From NCBI RefSeq assembly GCF_009914755.1, contig NC_060928.1: DNA of 64,000 bases; one strand, given 5' to 3'. The notes beneath the pieces are model-generated. The model did no database searches. It worked only from the letters and a program-made list of their open reading frames with translations, and was not told the DNA's origin. Source of the stretch: the human T2T-CHM13v2.0 reference genome, Homo sapiens. Shown one piece after another: positions 33,513-47,838 of this stretch (the first letter of the stretch is position 1; each line of letters opens with the position of its first letter). A program made the translations under genes and the position numbers.

Positions 33513-35659
33513 TCACCTTAAGAATGCATTTGGATGACTGCTCTTGGCTTAAAGCATCTTATTTATTCTTCTCAATTCTTCATTGTCAATAACATCAATT
33601 TATAGCCATAGGCATCATGCTTCCATGTCAAACTGTGATGCTTTTATCCTTCCTGAGAGCAATTTAGAATATTCCTTTTCTTATCCATACACTTTGTGTG
33701 GCTTAAAGCCACACAATTTGTGTCCCATGCACAGGATGAAATGTCTCAGCATTGAAAGGGAACTAACCACATTCTCTCTCTCCACCAGGTGCATACTTAA
33801 ATGTTATGTGCTGTTTGCTAATTTGAAAGACCATTCAAACTTATCTTTCATGGGTATACTGTGATAAAGGCAGGCTCCAAATTGCTTGCTGACCCTTCTA
33901 AGCAGGTTTACTTCTCCATTGAAATAATCGTCCTCCGTCTAAAACTGTTGCTTAGGCTCCCACTGCGTTACCATTTCACTCCCTTGGAGGAGATAACACA
34001 GTAGGTTTAATCATCTGAAGTCAATTGACTGGAATTATTTCCTCAGTGACAGCTTTGTTGTCATTTTGTAACACATTCTTAGATGTGGATGAACTTGATA
34101 AAATAAACAGGGACATTTTCTCTGTCTAAGCGTGAAAAGAAATTAAGTATTGGAAAATGCAATTTTACTTTTTGTTTAATGTCAGACCTCTATCCAAGAG
34201 CCATCCCATTTGCCAAAGAAGAGACCTTTACTGAGATCTTAGCTTAAACTTGCCTTTATTTAACTTTCTAAACTTGAGGCTCAGTGAGAGACAACTAAGA
34301 AAGGATCTGAGCATCATAATTCATTAGGTAAACTTCATTCACCCCCATGGTGTCCCATAATTATTTCTTAAATTATTTTATTATGCTTATGCAACCTTAA
34401 CCATGATTTAAGATATCTTAACATTTTCATGTTTTGCTTTATTTTCTGGGTATAAATTATTTAAATTGTCATAAACTGGGCTCCTTTGAAGTGGATTTGG
34501 CAACTGGGGGGCTGCCACACCAAGAGAGAACTTTTTGGCAAAACTTCCCTAGAAATTGAAGTCACTCCTGAGCAGATCTAAATCATGATTAATGATTTGT
34601 GATTGTCATTTGCTCCGCTGTTGCCATCCTGGCTGTTCACAGGGTATTATGAATGAGGAGTTCTACTGGGAATTTAGGACCAAATGCCTGCACATTTCTG
34701 TCTTTTCTTCCTTTATTTTTTGATGCAGTCGTTTCTTTGGTCAATTAATGCTCACATTTATTTATACCTTTAGTCAGTTAACTTTAATAATTTCAAAAGC
34801 ATGTGTGAACCAGCCATGTGAAACAAGCTAAGACCTTGAAAATAATCTACATCCAACTATGTAGTTCACCCCCTTTATCTTTTCCTCCTGCTGAATACCC
34901 TCATTCTAAGGCTTGTGTTCATTCTTTTGCTTCCCCTTTTATTACATCTATAATCATGTATCAAAAATTATGTCTATCTTAATTATTATTAGCTTTTAAA
35001 TTAAAATATACTGCTCCATATAATAGTTGGAGACTTAGAATTTTACTTAGTATTACATGACAAAGATTAATTTTATTTCTTGCTTGACAATGTAGTTAAT
35101 TCATTTTCACTGCAATGTAATATTATATCATGTGAATGTGAATATGGCACATTTTGTTTATCCAGTCATCCAGTCTCCAATCTATGGGCAATTGTATTGT
35201 TTCCAGGTTTTTGCTATTGTGGATAGTACTGCTATGTATAATCTTGTCTTCTGTCATACTCCTGGATTCCTTTGTGTATATAATAGGAGTTGAATTGCTG
35301 AGCCATGAAATATGCAACTATTCAATATTAGACTATAAAGTTAAACCCTTTTTCAAATAGATTGTGCTTATTTATATTACTATCAGAAAAATGTTAAGCT
35401 CCTATGGATCCTCTCTGACAATTGGAATCTTCAGCTATCTTGAATTTAATGAATTGAAGTGATATAAAACGGTATCTCATTATGGTCTTAAGTTTCATAT
35501 GTCATATAATGAACAGCTCTTTAATATGTTTATTGGCTGTATACTGTTTCCTAGTCTGTGAAGGATTCCATATTCCTTTTGTCCATTTTCTGTAATTTTA
35601 TTTGATCTTGATATTAATTTATAGTGTGTTGTATCTTCTTGATATCGACTTTTTGGTCA

Positions 35660-35921
35660 CCTGGGCTAGATAGCAGTGGTGTGATCATGGCTCACTGCAA
35701 CCTCAACTTCCTAGGCTCAAGTGATCATCCCACCTCTGCCTCCCAAGCAACTGGGACTATAGGTGCGTGCCACCATGCCTTGATAATTTTTTAATTTTTT
35801 TGTAAAGATGGTGTCTTGCTATGTTGCCCTGGCTGGTCTTGAACTCCTGGACTCAAGTGATCTTCTCACTTTGGCTTCCCAAAGTGCTGGGATTACAAGT
35901 GTGAACCCACTGTACCTGGCC
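35660..35921 (-). mobile_element. AluJ
   Basis: gtgatcatggctcactgcaacctcaacttcctaggctcaagtgatc...aaagtgctgggattaca. Confidence 0.9.
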
Positions 35922-37501
35922 TTGGTATTGATCTTTGGTTTATTGCTGTATGTTGTAATGTATTATGCAAGTATGTAAACCCTGTTTTCACTATCTTTAT
36001 TTTTTGATGAACAAAATTTATTAATTTTTATGTAGCCTCATTTATCAGTTTTTAATTTTTTATAGGAAACATTATAAAAAATCTTTCCATATCTCAAGGA
36101 CTAAAACATAGTACTGTATTTTCTACTAAGAATGTAAAATGTTTACCTCTGTTATTTATGTCCTTAATTCACATGGAATAGATTTTGCATAATTGCATGA
36201 GGTAGGGATCTGATTTTATTTTTTATTTTTTCATATTGATAATCATTTTTATCCTACTTTACTTATTGAACAATCTATGATTTTCTCACTGATCTTACAC
36301 AATATATCCATTATATCATAAATCCATCCATATATGGTCTATTTGTCTACTACGATGTCTTAATTACTATAGTTTTATAATCAATCTTGATGTGTAAAGG
36401 AAGAATCTTTCCTCTTTGTGCTTCTTCAGAGATGTCTTGTCTATACTTGGTCCTTTATTTGTCATACAAATCAGAACAACCTTTATAAAGTTCCATTAAA
36501 AAATTGTTCAGTTATTTGAAATTTCATTGTCTTTATAGACGAATCTTGGAGAATTGGCATTTTATAATATTATATCTTCTTGTCTACAAACACAGTTTAT
36601 ATTTCTTTTTATTTGGGTCATCTTTAAAAACTCTTCATAGGGTTTTATAATTTTTTCTGTAGAGATATTGAGCATCTTTTTTTGGATTTGTTCTTGTTCA
36701 CTTGATATTTATTTGATACATTTATATAGTTATCTCTTTAATTGTGTTTTTTAGTCTTGTGCTGCTGGGGAATAGAAATGTATTTGACTTTTGCATGTTA
36801 AGCTTATAGTCATCCATCTCGCTGAGTGCTGACATTATTTCTAATAATTTTTCTGAACATTTTTCAGGGGGTGTGTCTGAATGATAATATCTCTAAACAA
36901 TGATAGTTTGATGTCATCCTTACTAATTCTTGTGACTACTTCTTTTGTTCATTTAATCATTCCAGCAATACTGTCGATTAGAAGTTGTGATAAGTGTGCT
37001 CCGTTGTCTTGCTCTTTATTTTAAAGCTAATGCTTTTTATAGGTACTCTTTATCAGGTCAAGGATGTTCCTTTTAATTTCTAGCTAACTTAGAGCTTATT
37101 ATCATGAATGAATTTTTCATTTTATCAAATTTCTTCATTTAATGAGATGATTACATAATTTTCTCTTTTAGTCTGTTATTATGGAAAATTACATTAATGG
37201 ATTTTATAATGTAAACTATTCTTATACTCCTGGAATAAACTCAATTTAATTATAATGTATTAAATATACAATATAGGTTTTAATGTACTATTGGATTTAA
37301 TTTTATTCCTTTTTTATATTTTAGAAATTTTGCTTTTATATTTATAAGTGAAGTAGACCTAAAACTATTTGTCTGATTTTGGTATCAGCATTATGTTGGG
37401 CTCATAGTTTGAACTGAGAACTTCTTTTTGTTTTTTTCTTTTTCTTGCCTATGAGGATAGGCACAGAAATTTATTAAAAGTTTGGTAGAACTTGCCTTTA
37501 A

Positions 37502-38570
37502 AAAAAAATCAACTTTCACTTTAGATTCAGGGGGTACATAAGCAGATTTGAAACATGGGCACATTTCTTAATGCTGAGGTTTGGGGTACAACTGATCCCA
37601 TCACCCAGATGGTGAGCATAGAACCCAATAAGTAGTTTTTCAACCCTTGCCCCTCTCCCACCTGCCCTCATCCCTCTGGTATTCCCCAGTGTCTATCATT
37701 ATTTTCTTTATGTCCATGTGTACACAATGTTTAGCTCCCACTTATAAATGAGAACATGTAGTATTTGGTTTTCCGTTTCTGCATTAATGTGTTTAGAATA
37801 ATAGCCTCCAGCTACATTCATATTGCTGTAAAGGACATAATTTTGTTCTTTTTCATGCCTGTGTAGTACTCTATGGTGTATATGTACCACATTTTCTTTA
37901 TTCCATCTACAATTGATGGACACCTGGGTTGATTCCATGTCTTCGCTATTGTGAATAGTGCTGTGATGAGTATACAAGTGCGTTTGTCTTTTTGACAGGC
38001 AAAGAATTTACAAGTCCTCAGAAGCAATTGCAACAAAAACAAAAAAGTTGACAAATGGGACCTAATTAAACCAAAAAGCTTCTGCACAGCAAAAGAAACT
38101 ATCAACAGAGTAAACAGACAACTTACAGAATGGGAGAAAATATTCATAAGCTTTGCATCTGACAAAGGTCTAATATCCAGAATCTATAAGGAAATTAAAC
38201 AATTCAACAATAATGAAAAAAATCTCATTTAAAAGTGGGCAAAGGACTTGAACATTTCTCAAAAGAAAAAAATACAAGCAGCCAACAAACATATGAAAAA
38301 ATACTCAAAATTATTAGTCATCGGAGAAATTCAAATCAAAACCACAACAAGATACCACCTTATATTAGCCAGAGTGGTTATTATAAAGAAGTCAAAAAAT
38401 AGCAGATGTTGGTGAGGCTGTGGAGCCAAGGGAATGCTTACGCACTGCTGGTGGGAATGTAAATTAGTTCAGCCACCATGGAAAGCAGTGAAGATTTCTC
38501 AAAGAACTAAAAGTAGAACCACCATTCGACCCAGCAATCTCATTACTGGGTATATACTCAAAGGAAAAAA
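37502..38570 (-). mobile_element. L1PA15/16-like element with 5' inversion (twin priming)
   Basis: 37502-37994 antisense 3' end; 37995-38570 the immediately upstream L1 segment in the opposite orientation. Confidence 0.85.
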
Positions 38571-39494
38571 CAAAAAACAAAAAACTGACCATTTAAAAAA
38601 TCAGGGTGTGGTGTTATGTTTTCAGAAAAATTATTTGACCACTGCTTCAGTTTCATTAGTAGTTACAGAACTATTAAAGATTTCAATTTCTCCTTAGCAA
38701 ATTAGATTTTTTTCTAGGAATGGCTTAAATTCGTCGATACTATTTTCTCATCTTTTTATGCTTCAAGTTATCTGTGTATATTCCCCCTTTCATTCATAGC
38801 ATTGCCTCTACTCTCAAACAGATTAGCAGAGGTTGGTTTATTTTGTTGTATACCTCCATAAAGCTGAAAATCATTTTGTTATAATTTTCATTAAATGAAT
38901 CAGCTTTTTTGTTTGTTTTAAATTGTTTTCTCTTTATAATTGTCTTTAACAATGAAATATAAATACATTTTCATTAAAAAGTCAAATATAAGAAGATGAA
39001 AATGTAAAATTTTCCTTTATCAGCTCCCATGCCAGTTTTTACCCATTCCAATCATTAGCTAGAAACTGATTCCAATTCTTTTTATGGATTTATGTACACA
39101 CACTCACACACAAGCATAAACTCACTCACGCATGCACACTTCTTATGTCTCTGACTTCTACACACCTGTCAATATCCAATATATTCATTCTTGTATGTTG
39201 AAACTACAAGCCAGTCTTTCTCTCTGGATTCTGGGATAAATTTTCCAACAGAATCCGTAAGGATCTTTTAGACTATAGTCTAGTCTGGTATTTCCAAAGG
39301 CTGCACAATGTAAAACCTTTAGTTATGACCATATGCCCAAGGCATTCCTTATCGGACTTGCAGAACCTTTGAAATAGTTTCTTAAGAAATTAGAGTATTT
39401 TTAGATGATGACGCAAGACTAATATTGAAAATCAACATTTTCTTTGTCTTTAAAAATTACCAATTTCTGTTATTTTATTCATTATTTCTTTCTA

Positions 39495-39652
39495 TTTTTT
39501 AAAAAATATTTCTTTTTATTTTTATTTTCAGTTTTAGAGATGGGGGCTCTTGCTGTGTTGCCCAGGCTGGTCTTGAACTCCTGGTCACAAGTAATTCTCC
39601 TGCCTCAGCCTCTTCAGATGCTGGGATTACAAGCACAAGCCACTATGCCCAA
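39495..39652 (-). mobile_element. FLAM/AluJ monomer
   Basis: tagagatggggg...tgttgcccaggctggtcttgaactcctgg...gctgggattacaagc. Confidence 0.85.
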
Positions 39653-40082
39653 TTTTCTGTATATTTTATTTGGGTTTATTTTTGGTTTAGAATGGACCAC
39701 CTAGCTTCTAGGAATATGTAGCTCATTAATCTCATGCCTTTAAAAAATTTCTATTATAAGTATTTAAGACTATAAAATCCTTTGCATCACTGTTCGATGT
39801 ATTTCACATGCTTCAAATATGTAATATTGCCATTATCTTTTTAAAAGCCCATTATGATTTCTTTTTTAAACTGTGAGTAACTTAATAAGATGCTATTTAC
39901 AATGTCTGCTTGAAATGCGGAGTAATTTTTGTTTCCTATGATGAGCCCTGACAGATACACACTCGACTGTTTCCTGATCTGTAAAATTAGGATAATAATA
40001 GTACGTGCCTTGTAGATTTACTCTGAGGATCCAGTGAATTAATAAATGTAGACCAGTCAACACAGTGTCTGGCAGATAATAG

Positions 40083-40389
<307 letters not shown>

Positions 40390-42544
40390 AAAAACATCTT
40401 TCATTATTTTTATACTATATCTTCATGAATACTAATATTTGTCCAAAATTGGAGAATTTAGGGCTTATAAAGATACTATCAAAAAGACAACATATTAAGT
40501 AAATTTTATATGAGAAAATACTTTGTGTTTAGTCCCACATTAATGGAAAATAAGAATTTGAAAATGGTGCCAGGTGGTCATATTATTATATTTTGCTATA
40601 GCTTAATATGCCTCTTTCTATATATTTAAGGAAAGAATCATGCGCTCTATGTTGCACAAGGAATAATCCAAGTTTAATAGCTATACCCACAAAAATAAAA
40701 ATTACGCCACACCGTGCCTTAAATGAATGTAAAATATTTCTGAACAAGAAACAGTTATACATTTATCTTAATTGACTAGCTACAATCTGTAATCAGCAAG
40801 CAGAAAATCAGAGAATATTATGCTGGTAACAATTCAACACAAATTCACCTGCGTAGGTTTAAGTTGCAGGGTATCTATAATAAAATAGAAAGGCTACCCT
40901 TTCACTTTCACAGGTAGCTAATTAGTATCCTCCTTCTAGTGTGAAAATGCTCTTGCTAAAAGCAACAACCCATTCTGAAGAAAATGTACATGTCTTAGCA
41001 TAAAAAATTTATTAACTATAGTTTTAAAAAATCTTTATATTTTACCATGCTTTATAATTTTAAAGGCATCTTCACATTCACTATCTTATTTGATTTTCAC
41101 AATTTTTGGTGGGGTAAATGTGGCAGTATTATGATGCCCATTTTACAAACGAAGAAACTGAAGCCCACAGCAGTAAAATGACTCACTCAGGATGGAGAAT
41201 CTAAGTAAGTGACAGAAACAAGACAAAAGGTGAGATTTCCTAACTTCCCAGTCAGTGCGCTTTTTAGTTACTCTGTTTCCAAATTTACTGTCCTTTCCTT
41301 CCCAACATGCATTTTAATACTAATCACATTAGTCAGCTTGCCTTATATATGCTTAAGTATGGTATTCTTAGAGGGCAGGGTCCTTTAGAGGACAAATATG
41401 TTTATTTATCTTCAACAAGAGCAGAACTGTATTTTTCTCAGTTGTCAATAGAAGCTACAAACTGTTGAAAAATTGCAATGTCCTGTTTAAGGAGATGGTT
41501 TTAATTTACTTGCACATAAAAACACTTGGGTAAAGAATCTGACTCAGTGGCAGTACGTAACTTGTCACATAGTCTGTAAATATTGGAGCCAGGAAACATC
41601 TATGGTTAGTCTGATTCCAAAGCCATGCTTTAATCACTGTCTTACTCTACAGCAAAGGAATGAAAGGATAAAGGAATGACTAAACTGAACTTGGTAGTGA
41701 TGTCATTTTTATGTAGTCTAGAGAAAAACAAAACAATTTTGACCTCAAAGCATTTTTTTGTGAAAAAGATAAAAATAATTATTTCCAGCCATTTACTTTC
41801 TGCCTAGAGTTTTATATATATTAAATTTTCACATAGTTACTATAGGGAAGGCAATATTATTATCACTTATTTCCATACATGGAATAATTAATAAACATCG
41901 GAAATGTGTTGTAACGTGCTCAGGCAGAGCTTGTAAGTGATTAAAATAGATTTCAAACTCAGTTCTATTCACTACTAAAGTCCATACTTTCACATTCATT
42001 CATATGTCTAAATTTATTCTGAAAAGAAAAAATATTTTTACAGCATATTTTGAAAAATAGCCATTGAACAAGATACAAGTTGTATGGTTAGTCAAAATAC
42101 TTGGCATAGATTCTGGTGTCTTGGAGTAGAAACAAAATATTTTTAATATATGTACATGCATAAAACTATCACTCAGAAACATTTTGGGGGGATACGTTAT
42201 AATAATATTTCCAGTACCGCGGAACACTTGGTGTTGTGAGAGATCCTCCCACTACAGAACATCCAGATTCTGGAAAGGACAAACTTTTCAATGCATCGCT
42301 GATTCCATGAAAGGGAAGAAATATTACTATGAATGTTCCTCACTCCTATCCTCCAATAAATTGAGCTGGGCCTCAGCTGGCAGTCCTGCATTTAGGCAGC
42401 TGGGAGGAGAAGATGGTCCTGAGGGAAGACGTCAGGAACAGTGCTGCAATGGCCAGGATCCTGAGTGGTGAGGTAGTGATGAGGGATAGGAGGGAACCAT
42501 GGCTCCCTAGAGTTGAGCATGAACTTTTACTGTAGATCTACGGT

Positions 42545-43065
42545 CTATTAATGGTCTATTTTTGCAAAACAGTCACGCTACAAGATAATGGCTTAAAAGA
42601 ACAATAATAATTTATTGTCTCACAGTTTTTGCAGGTCAGAAATTCAAACAAAGCACAGAGAGGATGACTCACTTCTGCTCCATGATGTCTGGGGCCTCAG
42701 CAGGAAGAAATGAAGGCTGGAGGCTAGAATCATCTGAAAGTTTAACTAAGGCTGGAGGACTTGCTTCCAAAGTGGCTCATTCACAGAGGTGGCAAGTTGG
42801 TGCTGGCAAATTAGTTCCTTTTCATGTGGGCCTTTCCATAAGTGGGTGTTTCACAAGTCTGCTTGGGTGGTCTCAAGATATAGTGGTGACTTTTCTCAGA
42901 ATCAGAGATCCAAGAGGGGCCGATATGTTTTATGACCTAGTTTTGAGGGTCACAGACTGTTATTTCTATACTATTCTATTCCTAATACAGGTAAGCCTTC
43001 AGTGAAGAAGGGACCTACATAGGGGCTTTTATATGAGAGAGTGATATTACTGGGGACCTTCTCCA
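42545..43065 (-). mobile_element. MLT1 (F/G/H-like) LTR
   Basis: tttattgtctcacagtttttgcaggtcagaaattc...ctgctccatgatgtctggggcctcag. Confidence 0.7.
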
Positions 43066-44499
43066 CAGTGGATGAAGTGGCCCAATTGTTCCTTCGAGCT
43101 ACTGGCAAAAGTGAAAGCAAATTCTATCTGGAGGATGCCCTGCTCCTTCTTCTAGGCTCCCACGACTCTTTCAGACTAAGATCAAGCAAAATGCTTAAAA
43201 TCAAGGGTCACTAAACATGCTCTAGAAGATCAATCCAATATAAGGAAGAGTTATCAGAGAAAAATAAGTGATGATTTAGGTACTCAAGAACTTCAGATAT
43301 TAGAATTTTAATTGCAGAATAAATACTATTATAAAATATGTAAGGTAATATAGAATTTTTATGGGTTAAGTTAGTAGATTAAACACATAAAAAGAGAATA
43401 GGAGAGGATAAAACAGCAACAATATTTTGGAAGCCAGGAAGAAGAGGATTGAATGGAAGATAATATGGGAGCCCTAAGTAATCCAGTCCCTAAGAGGCAA
43501 ATAATACTGAGAAACAGCTGATTTATACAATACACTGTTTCAAAGACTGAAAAACAAGTAACGCCTGGAGGAAGCGGGGAGGTGCTAAAAGGAGTCATTT
43601 GGTTAATAGCTGTTTGGGAAGCAATTATATCCCTAGATCCCTTCCACAATTCAAGCATCTGGGAAAATGATCTTCACCACCTCAGCAGAAGTCTGAAATG
43701 GATTCTCTGCAAAGGGTAAAACAGAGGGTTTCTGTACTGCAGGATGTCAGGCAGAATTGACAGCCTGTATCTCTTGCAGAAGTACAAGCAGCAAGATTGA
43801 AATGGTAATAAAAATTGCCAACAAAAATATTGGTCCAAGACCAGATGGATCCACAGCTGAATTCTATCAGACATTCAAAGAAGAATTGGTACTAATCCTA
43901 TTAACACTATTCCACAAGATAAAGAGGGAATACTCCCTAAATCATTTTATGAGGCCAGTATGACCCTAATACCAAAATTTGGGAAAGAACATAACAACAA
44001 AAAGGAAAATTACAGATCAATATCCCTGGTGAATATAGATGAAAAAATCCTTAACAAAATACCAGCTAACCAATTCCAACAGCATATCAAAAAGACCACC
44101 CACCATGTTCAAGTGGGTTTCATACCAGGGATGCAGGGATGGTTTAACATCCATGAGTCAATAAATGTGAATACACCGCATAAACAGAATTAGTAACAAA
44201 AATCACATGATTATCATTATCATCTCAATAGACATAGAAAAAGCATTTGACAAAATCCATTATCCCTTTATGATTAAAACTCTCAGCAAAATCGGCATAG
44301 AAGAAACATACCTTAATGTAATAAAAGCCATCTATGACAAATCCACAGCCAACATAATACTGAACAGGGGAAAGTCGAAAGCATTTCCTCTGAGAACTGG
44401 AACAAGACAAGGATGCCCACTCTCACCACTTCTATTTAACATAGTACTGGAAATCCTAGCCAGAGCAATCAGACAAGAGAAAGAAATAAAGGGCATTCA

Positions 44500-44882
<383 letters not shown>

Positions 44883-46464
44883 AGAAAACCTTGAAGAGAC
44901 CTCCAAAAAACCTCTTAGAACTGACAAATGAATTCAGCAAAGTTTCAGGATACAAAATTAATGTACACAAATAGTAGCTCCGCTATACACCAACAGCAAG
45001 CAAGCTGAGAATCAAATCAAGAACTCAACCCCTTTTACAATAGCTAGAAATCAAATCAAGAACTCAACCCCTCTTACAATAGCTAGAAAAAAATAAAATA
45101 CTTAGAAATATACCTAACCAAGGAGGTGAAAAACTTCTACAAGAAAAACGACAAAACACTGCTGAAAGAAATTGTAGATGACAAAAACAAATGGAAACAT
45201 TTCCCATGCTCGTGGATAGGTAGAATCAATATTGTAAAAATGACCATACAGCCAAAAGCAATCTACAAATTCAATGCAATTTCCATCAAAATACCACCAT
45301 CATTCTTCACAGAACCAAAAAGACAATCCTAAAATTCATATGGAACCACAAAAGAGCCCACATAGCTAAAGCAAGACTAAGCAAGAAGAACCAATCTGGA
45401 GGCATCATATTACCTGACTTCAAATTATACTATAAGGCCATAGTCACCAAAACGGCATGGTACTGGTATAAAAATAGGCACATAGAACAATGAAACAGAA
45501 TAAAGAACCCAGAAATAAAGCCAAATACTTACAGCCAGCTGATCTTTGACAAAGCAAACAAAACACAAAGTGGAGAAAGGACACCCTATTCAACAAATGG
45601 TGCTGAGATAATTGGCAAGCCACAGGTAGAAGAATGAAGCTGGATCCTCATCTCTCAATTTATACAAAAATCAACCGAAGATGGATCAAAGACTTAAATC
45701 TAAGACCTGAAATTATAAAAAAAATCTAGAAAATAACATCAGAAAAACCCTTCCAGACATTGGCTTAGGCAAAGACTTCATGACAAAGAACCCTAAAGCA
45801 AATGCAACAAAAACAATGATAAATAGGTGGAACTTAATTAAACTAAAAACTTTCTGCACAACAAAAGAAACAATCAGCTGAGTTAACAGACAACCCACAG
45901 AGTAGGAGAAAATCTTTACAATCTATACATCCGACATAGGGCTAATATTCAGAATTGACAAGGAACTCAAGCAAAGCAGCAAGAAAAAAACAAACAATCC
46001 CATCAAAACATGGGCTAAGGACATGAATAGACAATTCTCAAAAGAAGATATACAAATGGCCAACAGACATAAGAAAAAATGCTCAATATTACTAATGATC
46101 AGGGAAATGCAAATCAAAACCACAATGTGATACCAGCTTACTCCTGCAAGAATGGCTTTATTAAAAAATTTTTTAAAAACTGTTGATGGGGATGTGGTGA
46201 AAGGAGAACACTTTTACACAGCTGGTGGGAATGTAAACTAGTACAACCACTATGGAAAACAGTGTGGAGGTTTCTTAGAAAACTAAAAGTAGAACTTCCA
46301 TTTGATCCAGCAATCCCACTACTGAGTATCTACCCAGAGGAAAAGAAGTCATTATATGAAAATAATACTTTCACACACATGTTTATAGCAGCGCAATTTG
46401 CAATTACAAAAATATGGAACTAGCCCAAATGCCCATTGATCAACGAGTGAACAAAGACATTGTG

Positions 46465-46781
46465 GTATGTGTGTGTGTATATATATACACACATATATAT
46501 ATACACACACATATATATATACACATATATATACACACAATTATATGTGTGTATATATATACAATTATATATGTGTATATATACACACACACATATATAT
46601 ACATATATACATACCACAATTGTATATATACACACGTATATACTATATATACATACCACAATTAAATATATAATACATATATATGCAATATATTACATAT
46701 GTAATACATACATATACCACAATTACATCTATAATGCATATATATATGATGGTTTGTGTGTGTGTGTACATATACACACAC
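46465..46781. repeat. Complex (TA)n/(CA)n/(TG)n microsatellite inside the L1PB 3' region
   Basis: ~315 bp of alternating purine-pyrimidine repeat between L1 tgtggta and ccatggaat. Confidence 0.95.
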
Positions 46782-47242
46782 CATGGAATTCTATTCAGCC
46801 ATAAAAAGGAGCGAAATAATAGCATTCACAGCAACCTGGATGGAACTGGGGACCATTATTCTAAGTGAAGTAACTCAAGAATGGGAAACCAAACATCGTA
46901 TGTTCTCACTTATCAGTGGGAACTGAGCTATGAAGATACAAAGGCATAAGAATAATACAATGGACTTTGGGGACCTGGGAGAAAGGATGGGAGGGGGGTT
47001 ATGGATAAAAGACTATAAATTGGGTACAGTGTATACTGCTCAGATGATGAGTGCACCAAAATCTCACAAATCACCAGTAAAGAACTTACTCATGTAACCA
47101 AACACCATCTGTTCCCCCAAAACCTGTGGAAATACAAAAAATGTAAACACCACTGTTCATGTAAGTGTTGAAAACAACAAATTGAGAATGAATACTGGTG
47201 AACTTTTTTGGGAGTCTTCTTCAAAATTTGGACTTCGCTATT

Positions 47243-47838
47243 CCATTCATTTTCTATTCTCTGTAACAAATTACAACAAATGTAACAGCATAAAATGATA
47301 CTCATTTACAACTCATTGTTCTGTAGGTCAAGAGTCCAGCATGGCTAGATTCTCTACTCAGGATATCACATGGCTGGAATTAAGGTTTTGGCCAGGCTGA
47401 TTTCTTATCTGGAGTCTCTGGGAAGAAATCTACTTCCAAATTCATTCAGATTATTGGGAGTATCCAGTTCTTTGTGACTGAATGACTCAGGTCTCTATTT
47501 CCTTGCTAAAGTGATACAGCAATCACTTTAAGCTGTATCACTAAAGTGCAGCCCACATGTTGCCCCCTTCATCTTCAAGCCAGCAGTGATGCATTTAGTT
47601 CTTCTCATGCTTTTAATATCTGACTTCTTCTGCAACCAGCTGGAAAAATCTGTACTTTTAAAGTGCTTGCTTGATTAGGTCAGGCCCACCCAGGATAATC
47701 TTTGTTTTGCCATACGATGTAACATTCATGGTAGTAATAGCCCATTATATTCAGTTTTTGCTCCCAGTCAAGGCGAGGAGATTATACAAAGTCATCTGTC
47801 ATGGGGGGTAGTTAGCTTAGAATTCTTTGTACTGTAGC
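47243..47838 (-). mobile_element. MLT1 (D/E-like) LTR
   Basis: ctgtaacaaattacaacaaatg...gttctgtaggtcaagagtcc...gattaggtcaggcccacccaggataatct. Confidence 0.75.

Larger units (their letters stand above)
34760..38900 (-). mobile_element. Old L1M (MC/ME-like) remnant carrying younger insertions
   Basis: Degenerate antisense L1 ORF2/3'UTR motifs (ttccaggtttttgctattgtggatagtactgc; tgaggtagggatc; gtttggtagaac). Confidence 0.75.

Noticed and set aside
33770-34010. Acceptor-like ctctctctccaccag and other possible splice signals (also ~62503-62830)
   Set aside because: No consistent ORF or recognisable protein; lncRNA exons cannot be supported without transcript data
46352-46868. Many overlapping Y/I/H/V/C-rich ORFs
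   Set aside because: Translation of the TA/CA microsatellite
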